From NCBI GenBank assembly GCA_009602735.1, contig WELA01003517.1, positions 87,141 through 151,140 on the forward strand: DNA of 64,000 nt, in the 5' to 3' direction. The DNA comes from Mesotaenium endlicherianum. Its lineage: Eukaryota. Of this stretch, positions 50,852 to 64,000 are shown in pieces; the first letter of the stretch is position 1, and each line of letters starts with the position of its first letter. The notes under the pieces were generated by a model. It ran no database searches. It had not been told where the DNA came from and saw only the letters and a list, made by a program, of their open reading frames with translations. Both the position numbers and the translations under genes were made by a program.

Positions 50852-52999
50852 TCCACCACGCTCCTCAGTTCGCCTCGCCGGCAAAGAGCTTATTCCATAC
50901 AAACAATTTCATCAGACAGGCATGGATCACACAGCCCAGATAGCTCTCACTGTCCACCAGGCAGCCAATGATCCCACCTCTGTGCAGGATGCCCTCTGAA
51001 GGCCTGACAAAGCCCACTGGATTGCAGCCATGAATGCAGAATTGGAATCCATCTATGTCAACCACACTTATGATCTGGTCCCACGCCCTCCCGGCATCAA
51101 GTGTATTCCCACTATGTGGATTTTCGCCACCAAGAGGACTCTAACAGGAGACATTGCCAAATACAAAGCCAGATTGGTAACTCTGGGCAATCAACAAACA
51201 GAAGGCGTTGACTATGAGGAAACTTACAGTCCCATGGTAAAGTACACCTCCCTCCGCATGGTTTCTGTTGCAACCACAGCCCCTGCACATGCCTGTCCAC
51301 CAAATAGATGTGCAGACAAGTTTTCTCAATGGAGCCATCCACGAAGAAGTCTACCTCCTCCAACCTTTTGGCTACAAGGATCCCTTCTGCCTAGACTATG
51401 TCTGCAAGCTCAACAAAGTCCTCTATGGTCTCAAACAGGCCCCCAGAGCCTGGCATCTTCGCATCAACCAATTTCTGCTGGCACTTGGTTTAGAAAAGAG
51501 CAAGGCAGTCTTTGTCTCTATGTACGACATGCTCCTGACTGGCTACTCTATATTCTATGTGGACGATCTGGTCTTGGCCTCCACAGATCCAGAATTTCTC
51601 ACCGCAGTCAAAACCAGACTCTCAGAAGAATTTAGGATGACAGACTTGGGTCCTGTCAAACAGTGCCTTGGCATGCACATTCATCAAGATCTCTCAGTCG
51701 GCACAATCACTATGTTCCAGTCTCACTATATCAAGAACATCCTGGACAAATATGGTTTCTCCTCTTCCTCATCAGTGGTCACCCCCATGGAGACATCTTG
51801 CCGGCTGTCCTCACGTGACTCTCCTCTCACACAAGATGACAAAGTCATCATGAATCATCATCACTATTCCCAGGCTTGTGGCAGTTCGATGTATGCAATC
51901 TCCTGCACAAGGCCAGACATTTCCCATGCGCTTAGCAAAGTGGCTGCCTACATGCACAACCCAGGCCAGAAGCATTGGGATGCGGTCAGAAGAATCTTCA
52001 AGTACCTCAAAGGCAATGATTATCAAATCGTCTTCACCAGCAAGGATCCTGATCTTCCTCCCTATGCCTACACAGACTCTGATCATGCAGCTGACCCTGA
52101 CTACAGACGCTCTACAGGGGGCTATGTCTTCATCCTATGAGACGGTCCAATTTCTTGGGATTCAAAAAACTCACCAAGATTGTGGACTCCTCCACATCCG
52201 CTGAGTATTTGGCCCTGCACAAAGCAGTCAAGCATGCACTTCATATTAGGCAACTCATGGAGGACCTTGGCTTTCCCCAGGCAGAATCCACAGCTATCTT
52301 CACAGACTCCTCTGGGGCTCTCTCTATTTGCAAACGCGACCAGATAGAGCAGGACAGCAAGACAGTGGAACTTGTAGAACATATTATTAGGCAAGAATAC
52401 GGTCTTCTCCATATCTTTGGGGTTGAAAGAAACTCACCAAGATTGTGGACTCCTCCACATCCGCTGAGTATTTCGCCCTGCACAAAGCAGTCAAGCATGC
52501 ACTTCATGTTAGGCAACTCATGGAGGACCTTGGCTTTCCCCAGGCAGAGCCCACAGCTATCTTCACAGACTCCTCTAGGGCTCTCTCTACTTGCAAACAC
52601 GACCAGATGGAGCAGGACAGCAAGGCAGTGGAACTTGCAGAACATATTATTAGGCAAGAATGCAGTCTTCTCCATATCTGTCCACTAAAGATCTCCACCA
52701 AGAACAATGTTGCAAACATCATGACTAAGGCAGTCCCTGGCCCCAAGCACCATGCAGCCTGCAAGCAGATGCAGCTGCTCCATCCTGCCACACTTCAGCA
52801 AGCTAACACAGCTTTCACAGACCAAGAGACTGCCTCCTCTGCACGTGAGGCTGAAGAAGGTACCTCCACTTGGAAACCTTTTCCTCCAGGGTTCCCTCCC
52901 CTCCCAGCCATGGCCTACCCAGAGACACCAGCTCTTCAGGCGCCTTTTGGGTCACTGAGCTGTGACTCCTGTGACACATCACCCTCTGCTCTGCCTTAA
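50852..52999 (+). pseudogene. Copia reverse transcriptase-RNase H, disrupted
   Basis: AMNAELES, YKARLV, QIDVQTSFLNG, LYGLKQAPRAW, YVDDL, TRPDI, YTDSD, STSAEY and NVANIMTK motifs, with frameshifts. Confidence 0.92.
52154..52679 (+). repeat. ~263-bp diverged tandem duplication within Copia RNase H
   Basis: AACTCACCAAGATTGTGGACTCC recurs at ~52168 and ~52431. The copies differ at several positions and there is no N at the junction. Confidence 0.88.
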
Positions 53000-53955
53000 G
53001 TAGACATGCCTTTGTTGCCCTCCAGCCTCCTTCCAGGCCCCCATACTGCTTATCTTCCACAGGGCGAGTTTTTCCCCACCACAGATCCACAGGTGGCACA
53101 GGACGCTCCTGCCATTCCCCAGTTCAGTTACAATCCTTATCACTTAGGCAATCCTGATTTTATGGACCTTACAGAGGATAGCTCAGACTCTCTCCAGATT
53201 GTAAGTCGAGACATCTCATGAAGGATCTTTCTTACCTCTCTTATATCGTTCTGGTACATAGTACTTCCAATAGTCTGCTTCATTTCAAAATCTCCTAATT
53301 GCACTTTCAGCCACTCAGTTTCTACCTCATCCAACCCCTCATCTTGCAGTGCACTCTCAACATTCAGCAACAAAATTTTCAAACATTCCACAATCTTTCC
53401 TAATTCCTTCTTCATTTTTCTCCCGGAGTTCCACACCAGATCTCAAATTTTTCACTATACACATCTGACATTCTCCCCACAGCGGCACAGCCTCCCACTT
53501 CAACGACTTTTTAGCATTATTTCGCTCACATGACCTCTCTCCCAGTCCTATGAATCGCCTCTGCACAAACTCAACTATTCCCATCGGCAGCCAGACAAGC
53601 ACACCACACACTGACTCAATTCACTCGAGCACCCAATCTTCAGACGTTCTCCCTCCTAGCAGGCTCTTTTTCACAAAGACATTGAACATTCTCTTTTTCC
53701 AATTAATTCAATTCGTCTTCCAGCCTTGCTTTCACCCACAGCCGCGATGCATCGTTGAGGTCTTGGCTTTCATTGGTCCAGGTCAAGCCCAGTGCTGTCC
53801 TGGCGCCTCCATTCGTTCTGCAGCGTCATCAACCGCTGACATCAGCCTCATCCTATCTTGGCGGCACGCTCTTCAACACGTCCCCTGTGCTCTCCTAGTC
53901 AACTTCACACGTCAACTTTGGCCGTCGTCACTCCGTGACTCTGTCCAGGGGGGCA

Positions 53956-54395
53956 TGTTGACTATATCTAGACTTCACAAGTCAACTTACTGATGTCGGT
54001 CATATGTCGGTCGCACGTGTTCACACGTGTGATCTCACGTGCTAAGTCAAACTTGCTAGTCAGTTGAGCTATTTGTGTTCACACTATGAAATAAAGAGTT
54101 GAACTAATCTTTCATGACAGTTAGCAACTTGTGAGTGCATTTGTATCTCTCGAGAGTTAGAGATTCTAGATAGATTCTTGATATTGCAAATTCTAGCTTC
54201 TAGCATTTCACAAGCTCTAGAAGTTGCAGTTTATCTGATCCATTCATTTTATGCACATAGATATTATGTTAGTTAGTTCCTCGTTAGCCTCTGCTAAGTA
54301 TAAAAGCAAGAGAACAAGATGTAAACAATTGGTTAAGAAAAGTTTATCATTTCTCCAATCAAGTTTTATAAAATTTCTAATAGAGAAGTCTAACA
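53956..54395 (+). repeat. Copia 3' LTR
   Basis: Matches 15382-15839; followed by TSD GAGTG. Confidence 0.95.
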
Positions 54396-55039
54396 GAGTG
54401 CATGGATTTATTAAATATACGAGGGGAGGTACATTCAACTCTAGCACAAAACTCATTCACAAATTTGAAAATAATGACGATACCATGTGTTAAAGTGCTT
54501 ACAACATTGAACAGAGATCCCGTGAATGTGCAACCAAATTGGGCTATGGGACGAATGATGAGCATGCGTGTTGTAGCCAATTGCTGTCAATGTTCTTTAG
54601 GCCATAGTTACTAAGGACGTTCTGTAATTTGATGCGGTTCTATTGTGCAAATCCATGCAAGTATCAAAGATACAATAGAAAGCTTGATCTCCCACGATCA
54701 AGATCATAGGATTTCTAAAGTGGTTGCTATTTGCTTTATCAAATGACGGGCTATGCGATAATAAGACTGGACACTTGAACATTTCACATTCTTTGAACTA
54801 AGAGGGCGAAAAGTTTGTGACGCAATTAGCATATAAGTTTAGAATACATGTACTGCTATTTGATTGTCCCATTGTGTTTTTCAAATGCATAAGACCGCTC
54901 AAATTAACGACTTCGTTAGCTGGTTGGCAGCTAGTGCATACTAAAGTGGGACACATGCGAGAATAAAAGACCTGAAACCAGCGGCACACTTGTTCGGTGG
55001 CCCTGTCGAGCGTCAAAAACTACTTCTCGACAGGAAGGG

Positions 55040-55283
55040 AAAGAAAGCTTCCGAGTTGAGACGTCCGAAAGGTTCCCGACAGAGCAGTAGCGCAAAGTGG
55101 CACCTTCCAGAAGAACGAGCATATTTTCTAGAGACTCATCATGGCCGTTAGATGAGTCCAAGCACGAGTAACAACTGTCGCACCATTGAAGTCGAGTATT
55201 CGCCGCTTCAGGCTGTTTTGAAAATGAAGGGTTGAAGAGCCATCTTGGTCAATTTCGGTACACCTATGCTTCCAGAAACTTCT
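55040..55283 (+). promoter_or_regulatory. Heat-shock elements upstream of Hsp110
   Basis: Perfect three-unit HSE cTTCcaGAAacTTCt at 55269-55283, two-unit TTCcaGAA at 55105-55112, and further GAA/TTC-rich motifs at 55040-55135. Confidence 0.7.
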
Positions 55284-55550
55284 CCTTCTGGAGGACCCCT
55301 GTCCTGAGTCCTGACCGACTCGTAAGTAGTGTGTAGAACGTTTTCAAGTCATGCAGACCGGGAAATGCTCTGGAGTGCCAGGTTGTCGTTCTTAACAGGC
55401 ACAGAAACCTTCTTCCTTCGCATCAGCGATAAGGTGCATATCATTCTGCCGTTATAGGAAAGACGGCTTGCTATGCAACTTTGAAGTCAGCAAATTTAAA
55501 GATTTAGTACTGCTCGGTGGTAAACAGAAGTCACCTTTTATTCTTTCAAG

Positions 55551-58119
55551 ATGAGTGTTGTGGGATTTGATCTAGGCAATGAAAGTGGAATTGTGGGTGT
55601 TGCTCGCCAACGAGGAATCGATGTAGTTCTCAATGAGGAATCGAAGAGAGAAACGCCCATGATGGTGTGTTTTGGAGATAAGCAACGGTTTTCAGGTGTT
55701 GCTGGAGCAGCCTCTCAGATGATGAACCCAAAGAACTGTGTCAGTCAGGTGAAGAGGCTGATCGGCAAGAAGTTCTCTGATCCGGACGTTCAGAAGGACA
55801 TAGCCTTGCTCCCCGTGTCTGTGACAGAAGCTCCTGATGGTGGTTGTCAAATTAATGTGACGTACCTTGGTGTCAAGCGCAGCTTTACTCCAACGCAGGT
55901 CCTTGCCATGTTACTGGGCAATTTGAAGATAATAGCGGAGCAGAACTTGGGAGTTTCCGTTGTAGACTGTGTCATGGGTATACCTGCTTACTTTACAGAT
56001 TCTCAAAGACGAGAGTACTTAGACGCTGCCGCCATTGCAGGCCTCCACCCTCTGCGCCTGATGCATGAAGGGACTGCAACAGCCCTGTCTTACGGCATCT
56101 ACAAGACTGACTTATCAGAAACAGAACCACTTAATGTAGCCTTTGTAGACGTGGGCCATGCAAGCATGCAGGTGACAATAGTGGCCTTTAAGAAAGGGCA
56201 GCTTAAAGTTCTGTCTCATGCATTTGATCGTTCACTTGGGGGCAGAGATTTTGACGAGGTCCTCTACAACTACTTCTCAGACCAATTCAAGGAAAATTAT
56301 AAGATAGATGTGAGGTCAAATGCACGGGCTTCTTTAAGGCTTAGAGCAGCATGTGAGAAGATGAAGAAGGTTCTGAGTGCCAACCCAGAGGCACCACTTA
56401 ATATTGAGTGCCTTATGGATGAGAAGGACGTTAGAGATAAGATGACAAGGGACAAATTTGAAGAGCTGGCAGCTCCTATTCTAGAACGTGTGAAGGGTCC
56501 CTGCCAAAGAGCTCTGGAGGACTCCGGTTTGGTGACCCCAGACAAGATCAGCATAGTTGAGGTCGTCGGATCTGGTTCACGTGTACCAGCCATCATGAAG
56601 ATTCTCAGCTCATTTTTCCAAAAGGATCCTAGCCGTACCATGAACGCTAGTGAATCTGTTGCCCGAGGTTGTGCCCTGCAATGTGCCATGCTGAGTCCCA
56701 CATTCCGAGTGAGGGAGTTTGAGGTATGTTTCAGGTCCCTTGACTTCAAAAATCTGCCATGAATGTAGTCATGGGGTCTTGTGTGTTTCATTTTGTTATG
56801 GCCTCGACTGCTTTTTATGTTGTCTGGGGTCTTGAGTGTTTCATTGTTTTATGGGCTCGACTGCTCTTTATGTTGACTGTACTTTGCTCAAGCTTCAGTT
56901 TGTATGCTCTTATTGTATATAGACAGGCAGCAGTCACATGGTGAAAGCAGGTGCTTGTGATGTGAGCTCTTACATCTATCTTCATTTATTAAAAGTTGGC
57001 ATTTTCTAGCCTTAACACTGCTGCATCATACATACCACTTTGCCCCATACTACTGCATTTGTGCATCTTCTTCACCTTATGATGACTTGAAACCTCTACC
57101 TCCCCTTCATCACCCCCTAACGTCCAGACTGCCAACACCGTTGAGTGCTGATTTGTTCTGGGTATGCAATGGGCAAAACTTTTGGATATGAGCAGGTACA
57201 AGACGCCTATCCATTCTCCATCGCTCTGTCGTGGAAGCAATTGGGAGCAAGCGGTGCTCCTCCTGAAGGAGCGGAGGGAGAGGAGGCAGGGGATCAGTCT
57301 AACCAACCTGTTTTCTCAAAGAACAACCAGTTGCCGAGCTCGAAGCTCCTCACATTCTACCGCAATGAGACCTTCACAATTGACGCTTTCTACCAAGACA
57401 CAAACGAGCTGCCGCAAGGCACAGATCCCAAGATCGGCACTTTCAAAGTATGTAGTAGTGCACGGAATTCTACTTATTTGTGGTCGCTTTTTTTTCTTTT
57501 AGGTTGTTTTTCTGACTTTGTTGACGTCTTGTCTGCATGAGGGATGGTTTGGCATACCTCTTAGCTAAGATTGGTGTTCACAAAAGCTTCTGCTGTGTTT
57601 GGGTTTTAATAAATGCGTTCAAGAGCTTATATACCTTGAGAATGCTTCGTTCTACTCTCAAGATGGTGCATGGGTCATATGTGTGTGTGTGGGTTGATGC
57701 AGTTCGGGCCCATCCAGCCGACAAAGCAGGACAGCAAGCCGAAGCTCAAAGTGAAGATCCGCCTGAATTTGCACGGCATTCTTTCTGTCGAGTCAGCAAC
57801 GGTGAGTGCCCAAACCTTCATCTCCAGTCTAACTCCTGAGAACACCACATGCATTGTACACATTGTATCGTGTTGGCCCCTTCCCGCATGGGCAAGTTAC
57901 ACGCAACAGTGTCCCAGGCGCCATGGTCTTAAGCACTTGCAGTTGCCCTTAAACACTCAGCTGCGCAATTAGCTGGTAGTGTTCACCATTCAATGAGGAT
58001 GAGCCTGGCATGTGCTTGTATATGGTTTTCAGCAGATGCACTTGGCTGCTTCTTGCAGTCAGCGACCTTAAACTTGATTAGCATCATTCAGATTGGAATG
58101 GTTGTTTGAAGTCAGCTTA

Positions 58120-58155
<36 letters not shown>

Positions 58156-61100
58156 TAGCTTCTCAAAAGAATGCATCCAGAGTAACAAACTTAGAGAGGC
58201 AGCTTGGCCATCAAGGGATACTGATGGAGGCAACCACAACGTGGCCGGATGTGGGGGCAGCTGCTGGAGGAGGAAGAGGTGGAGGTGCCCGTGGCCAAGG
58301 CCAAGGACACAGCGAAGGGGGCTGCTGCAGCTGCACCAATGGACACTGACAGCAAAGAAGGGGCTGCGGCGCCTCCCGAGGATGCCACTGCTGCTGACGT
58401 CAAGATGGACGACGCCGGGGCCCCTCCTGCAGAGAATGGTGTCGAGGGCAAGACTGATGCGGATAAGGTACAGCCTCCTGCTGCTTATGGTTTGCTTGCC
58501 TGCTTGTCTTGCACTGATTGTTTAACCAAAGTTCGTTTAAGTTCCACATACTAGGTTTCTGGAGTCTCTGGGTGGAGTATGGCTTGTTAATGTTTTGGTG
58601 CACTTTGTTGATGATCATAATACAAACATGAATGTGGGTCGCAAGCTTACCACTTTTCATCTTCACATCTTTGTGAGGTGTGTGGCTCAACTGGGCCAGA
58701 AACTGCAGAACTGGATCTGGTGACGTGGGAAATGTAATGAGTGGAATGCTGGGGAGTTGCGATGACGATAAAATTTGATTCTCGTGCTCTCCTATTCAGG
58801 CGGCGCACCATGAGATCCGAAGCTCGTTGCCCGAGCAGCTTCCTTGAACTTTCTTGTCTCTTATTTTGGAAGGAAAGCCTGTCCTCTTGAGGTCTTGCAT
58901 GCGTATAATTGTCTACATCCTTTGCAGCGCTCCAACTATTCAGATTCGTCTTGAGCCCTTGTTCTATGAGTCGCACTTTGGGCCTGTTATCCTTTGATTT
59001 CCACATGCTAGGTAGAAGCTCTGGCATGGACTTCATGCCTTCTTGCTGTGGCGTACAAAAGCAATGATTGTTTTCATGGTTGAAACATTATTAGGTAAGC
59101 TCTTTCCATTTGGGTGCTGGTAGCATTTCTATATCACTCTAGCCTGTCTCTGGACAATTTGTCAGAAGTCTTCCTAATTGGTGAAGATGCTCGGGAAACG
59201 CGGGGCTGAGGTCGATGGGCAGACGGAGGTAGTGAAGAAGAAGAAGGTGAAGCGGACCGAGGTCCCCTTTGAAGCCAACTTGATAGGGGGACTGCCTGCC
59301 GGTGAGCTTCGGGAAGCTACGGAGAAGGAGCTGGAGATGGCCCTCCAAGACCGCGTCATGGAGGAGACCAAGGACCGGAAGAACTCGGTGGAGGCGTATG
59401 TGTACGAGATGAGGAACAAGGTACATGGGCTTACCTTGTCGCGTGGCACGGCAGGGCAACTGACACCTGAGAGAGCAGGGGACGGGGCGTATTTGTCTGA
59501 AAGATCGAGGTACTGCAGATGATGATAAGCACCTTTGCGTCTTCTAACCTGCTATGTGGTAATGGCAAAAGCATATGGTGTTTCTATAGAGCAAACCATG
59601 CTGCTGGGGCGAGGGGGTCAGTTTGGGGTACGAGAGAAACATCTGGTGGGAAGGACGTGCACACTGTTGCAGCTCTTACAACGCGGCCGCTTGTCAAATT
59701 TCCGACCCGATTGCTCGTTGACAGCAGCAGGCGGGCGGGTCTCTTAAGATCCCAGAGGGGCGAGTGTTGAGGCAGGCGTGCTGGGGGGTAATGCCGAGGG
59801 GAGTGTGCTGTTGGAGATGCTGACAAGCTTCGGGCACTGGGCTGGCGGGTGCGGCGATGCGCGTGCGTGCTGTATGCAGTTGCACGACAAGCTGGCCAGC
59901 TACGTGACGGAGCAGGAGCGGGAGTCGCTGACGGCCAAGCTCCAGGAGACGGAGGACTGGCTGTACGAGGACGGCGAGGACGAGATCAAGAGCGTGTACG
60001 TTGCTAAGCTCGACGAGCTCAAGAAGGTGAAGCCTGCCCCCCTCGCCTGTCCTCCCAACCACCTGCTGGCTCGCCTCTGGAATAGGACAAGGTCGGGGCT
60101 GGATCAGTTTGTGGATCTGGATCACCACCAGCCTGTTTCTGAATGGGGTTGGGCAAAAGACGGGAAAGGGATGGGTACAGGAGGAAATGGCAAATGATAT
60201 GATGGTCGTAAGGAATGGGAGCGGGAGTGGTGCTGGGTTGGTATTCTGTCGGAGAATGTATTTTTTTACGACATACCACCTTCAAAAAACACCAGACCAG
60301 GCCGAAAGTTCTGCAAGAGGACTGGCAACAATACCAAGTGAAACTACGAGGGAAGCTGGTCTTTGTAGTGGCATGGACTGAGGAGGGAGAGGCTCCACAA
60401 GGTTGGCAGCAGGAAGGCAGAGGGCTTTGTCTTGGAAGCACCGCCTCATCTGGCTCTGCACATTCTTCTCTTCTTTGTTGATGTGTAGGTAGCATACTGC
60501 ATCTGGGTCGGTTGCGCGTAATTGGTCTTTTTGTGGTGGGTCACATCGGGTGTTTGTATGTCTCTCTGGTCATGCCTGAGATTTCTGGAAGCGGGAATTC
60601 TGAGCATCCCGTCTGTCTTCTGCTATGAATATCGATTGGCAATACATTCATGCATTTGCTGACGCTCTTGTGTGTTTGTGTGTTTGTGTGTGTGCGTGCC
60701 GTGGAGCAGATGGGGGACCCCATCGAGGAGCGACTGAGGGAGGAGGAGACCCGGGGCCCTGCCGTGGACTCCCTGACTTACTGCATCTCCAGCTTCAAGA
60801 GTGCCGCCCAATCACCAGACGCCAAGTACGACCACATCGAAGCTGGCGAGAAGGCCAAGGCAAGTTGCCCCCCGGACAAACGAACACACACACACACACT
60901 GACGCGCAAAAACACACCCACATAGACACACGCGCACGCACACACGTACATATCTCATGCTCAGCAGCTGGCACTGCACACCTACGCACTGCTTACTTGG
61001 CTGGGAATGTCAACTTGCCGACCCTGGCCTCCTGTACAGGAGGGGTGCAGAGGCAACTGAGTGAGCGGAGGCAATTGCAGTCAGCCGCATAGGTGTCACT

Positions 61101-62015
61101 GGGTGCTCTGGGTCATAGCTTTTGTACTTGTAAAATAGTGTCTTGTACTTGTAAACTGAAGCGTTGTATTGAATGTGCGGAGTGAGCATTGCAATGTCAG
61201 TGTGCCAACGAGCTGCCACCAAAGTGGGATCCACGGGAGTGTGCCCCTGACCTTGTGGCGTTGGGGGCTCTTTGGGGGCCTGCAGGTGGTGGAGGAGTGC
61301 AGCAAGGCGGAAGCGTGGCTGAAGGAGAAGCAGCAGCAGCAGGCGTCTCTGGCCAAGACTGCCAACCCCGTGCTTCTCAGCGGGGATGTCAAGAAGAAGG
61401 CGGAGATGCTTGATCGGTGTGCACTTTTTCACTGCCCTCACGTTTCCTCCCTGTGGTGTATATCCACCTGTCTCGTCTTGCTAACTCGCCAACATCAGCC
61501 AATCAGCCAAGGTGCAAGCTTGCTTGTTTGCAATGCTAAGCCAAGAGTGCCTACCATAGGTTGTCCACGTACTTGTTGCGGTTGCAGAATAGCCTAGTTT
61601 GCAGAATAGCCTAGTCTTACACGTCTGTTCATCTGCCTCTGCCGTGCTACTTCATACTTCTATTCGGGAGGCTCGAGAGTGCTAGCAGCTGTTTTTGCAC
61701 CCATGTTTTTGAGGCTCGTTTGAGTTTGACGTGGATGAGGGTAATCTGGTCTGCATGCGGCGGTTCTTCAGCCTGGTGCTTGCGGCATGTGTCTGACGCA
61801 TCTATGAGCTGTTGGCGCGCAGGTTCTGCAAGCCCATCATGACAAAGCCGAAGCCCCCCCCTCCTGCTCCCAAGCCCGCCCCCGCTCCTGCTCCAGCGAG
61901 CGACGCTAAGCCCGAGGAGCCTAAGGAGGGAGAGGCCCCCAAGGCTGAGCCCATGGAGACTGACGCGCCCTCGCCAGCTCCTCTTAAGGAGGGGGAGAAC
62001 ATGCAGACGGAGTAG
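55551..62015 (+). CDS. HSP110: Cytosolic Hsp110/SSE-family chaperone (plant Hsp70-14/15 type), ~849 aa, 9 coding exons
   Basis: MSVVGFDLGNE..VARQRGIDVVLNEESKRETP start. Exons 55551-56723, 57196-57447, 57703-57801, 58261-58467, 59223-59420, 59880-60026, 60710-60859, 61286-61416, 61823-62015 sum to 2550 nt in frame. Motifs EMALQDRVMEETKDRKN, EDWLYEDGEDE, CKPIMTKPKP. Confidence 0.95.
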
Positions 62016-63467
62016 ATGGAGGTCTACCATTTGGCAGTGGCTGCTATTTCATTTGTTGGTTGTGGCTAGTGGTTGGGTCTAAAATAAATAGGTGTCGCGC
62101 TCATAAGGTAGTATACACACGATGATAGCTATGGGGCTATAGTGAGGTGTAGTGCTTACACATCCTATGGAATGGCTGGGATTTGAAGCCCTGTTTCTTG
62201 TTTGTTCACTCTGCATTGCTTCTTTCTTTCAGATGTCCCTTACCTGACGTAAATCATAGCTCACTGGCACATCCCTCTGTCATTTGAGGGCACTCTTGAC
62301 AAGAGCGCTCTTTGGGAGGGAAAAAGCAGTAGTGTTCGGATTGATATCTTTTCTTGCATCTTTTTTATTCCAGTCCATCAATTTCTTCGCCTTCGGGCAC
62401 AACGGGACACCACATAGCTGGTGGCATCAATCTCTTATCGTACGTGAAGTGGAACAAACAAGCTCGGATCACCTCTTATCATGACCTTTGTTTGTCCAAG
62501 CTTCAGGCATGCAACTCTATCACAAATGGTTGCATGCAATATCGGTATTCAAAGCACTGTGGTCAGTGTCGCTCTATCCCTTGCAAGAGTTGATGCTGTG
62601 CTTTTTTATATACATTATATACAATACCTTTCACAATCTCCTGCACTTGCAATTGCTTTGCACTACCTTATCATGCAGCAACCGTCGAACGTTGAAAGTT
62701 TGTATCTTACTAAATGCGACTAAAATTTCTTCTCTACTGAGTAGGCAACACGTTACCACCTATGCCTTGATGAACAAAAGAAGCAGGTAAAGGACGTAAG
62801 AAAGCAACAAAATGCTTTAAGGGTCAGTGTGCTTCCCTCTTGTGTAATCTGACCTTCTGTGCAACATGGTCAGCATTGACAGCTCACTATCACGAATAAA
62901 TTGCGGTTGCAGCATGCCATATAAGTATCTAATGGCTACTTACCCTTGGCTCGCCACTTGAGCTTCTGACCTCTGCTTACCCTTCAAGTATATGCTCATC
63001 TGTACTGACACAACTAGTACGTGAGCTAACTTCAACTTTCAACAATAACCTTTCCGACACCCTCAGCTGACACTTGTGTTGACAGTTGAAGTAATCCACA
63101 GTCTACACAACTCAAACACACTACTAGATTCAAAATCTGACGTGGATGTAGATTTGGATTCACAAATACAAACTTATTAACAACCATAATTGTATTTATT
63201 TACTACTTAGCGTCAAGATTGTCATATCCCTCCTTCGGCTGCATGACTTGTCAATCCAGCTCACTAGCAGCAGCCCCATGCCACTCTGAGGCCTGTTGCA
63301 ACTCCGCGCCTGCAAACGTCCACCCTGGCAGACTCGGCAGGGCTGCTGCTGCTGTGCCTCAACCTGCTGCTATGCTGCAAGCCGCTGCTCAAGCAGTGAC
63401 TTTATCTCTTAGGGAGCCCCTTCATCCTGTAAAGCAGCTGGCACTCCCCCCTCCCCCTCTCTCCCCC

Positions 63468-63971
63468 NNNNNNNNNNNNNNNNNNNNNNNNNNNNNNNNN
63501 NNNNNNNNNNNNNNNNNNNNNNNNNNNNNNNNNNNNNNNNNNNNNNNNNNNNNNNNNNNNNNNNNNNNNNNNNNNNNNNNNNNNNNNNNNNNNNNNNNNN
63601 NNNNNNNNNNNNNNNNNNNNNNNNNNNNNNNNNNNNNNNNNNNNNNNNNNNNNNNNNNNNNNNNNNNNNNNNNNNNNNNNNNNNNNNNNNNNNNNNNNNN
63701 NNNNNNNNNNNNNNNNNNNNNNNNNNNNNNNNNNNNNNNNNNNNNNNNNNNNNNNNNNNNNNNNNNNNNNNNNNNNNNNNNNNNNNNNNNNNNNNNNNNN
63801 NNNNNNNNNNNNNNNNNNNNNNNNNNNNNNNNNNNNNNNNNNNNNNNNNNNNNNNNNNNNNNNNNNNNNNNNNNNNNNNNNNNNNNNNNNNNNNNNNNNN
63901 NNNNNNNNNNNNNNNNNNNNNNNNNNNNNNNNNNNNNNNNNNNNNNNNNNNNNNNNNNNNNNNNNNNNNNN
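63468..63971. other. Assembly gap
   Basis: Run of N. Confidence 1.
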
Positions 63972-64000
63972 NCCCCCCTTCGCCGCCTCTTGTGGTTGCA

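Larger units (their letters stand above)
15382..54395 (+). mobile_element. Ty1/copia LTR retrotransposon, degenerate; outermost element of the nest
   Basis: LTRs 15382-15839 and 53956-54395 (TG..CA). 5-bp TSD GAGTG at 15377-15381 and 54396-54400. PBS TGGTATCGGAGC at 15840. Purine tract AGGGGGG before 53956. Domain order gag-PR-IN-RT-RH. Confidence 0.95.

Noticed and set aside
55322..55550. Possible 5'-UTR intron of Hsp110 (GTAAGT at 55322; AAG directly before ATG)
   Set aside because: Plausible but unsupported without transcript data, and the TSS position relative to the HSE is unknown.
63243..63467. Open frame from ATG 63243 running into the gap
   Set aside because: Low-complexity, no recognisable homology, truncated by Ns; it could equally be UTR or intron.
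1..64000. CRISPR arrays, rRNA/tRNA genes, prokaryotic defence systems
   Set aside because: None seen. The repeats are LTRs, microsatellites or assembly duplications, and the tRNA-like 12-mers are primer-binding sites.

Overview
Eukaryotic, intron-rich DNA. The gene content and intron style suggest a green plant, most likely a streptophyte alga (inference). Two host genes flank a 39-kb nest of LTR retrotransposons. On the left is the 3' part of a PXA-PX-Nexin_C sorting nexin (to 13565), containing an apparently identical 3.1-kb duplication around a single N that is probably an assembly artefact. On the right is a complete 9-exon cytosolic Hsp110/Hsp70-14/15-type gene (55551-62015) with heat-shock elements. 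The nest resolves from LTR pairs and target-site duplications. A Ty1/copia element (15382-54395, TSD GAGTG) contains chromovirus A1 (18338-50851, TSD TCCAC). A1 contains A2 (20635-29543, TSD CAGCA) and an unrelated chromovirus B (minus strand, ~35235-49815). B contains the ORF-intact A3 (minus strand, 39469-48263, TSD GTCGA). The most interesting signal is in family A. Each copy carries a ~560-aa sense-strand third ORF after pol that I cannot assign to a known family and that does not look like env. It occurs as two very divergent types on near-identical gag-pol backbones. It sits between two hairpin+PPT copies and is preceded in all three copies by a conserved ~105-nt intron (branch point YACTAAC, CAG|G-ATG). 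Gag-Pol of both chromovirus families appears to use a -1 ribosomal frameshift with a stimulatory stem. Many host introns show an unusual polarity, C-rich after the donor and G-rich before the acceptor.
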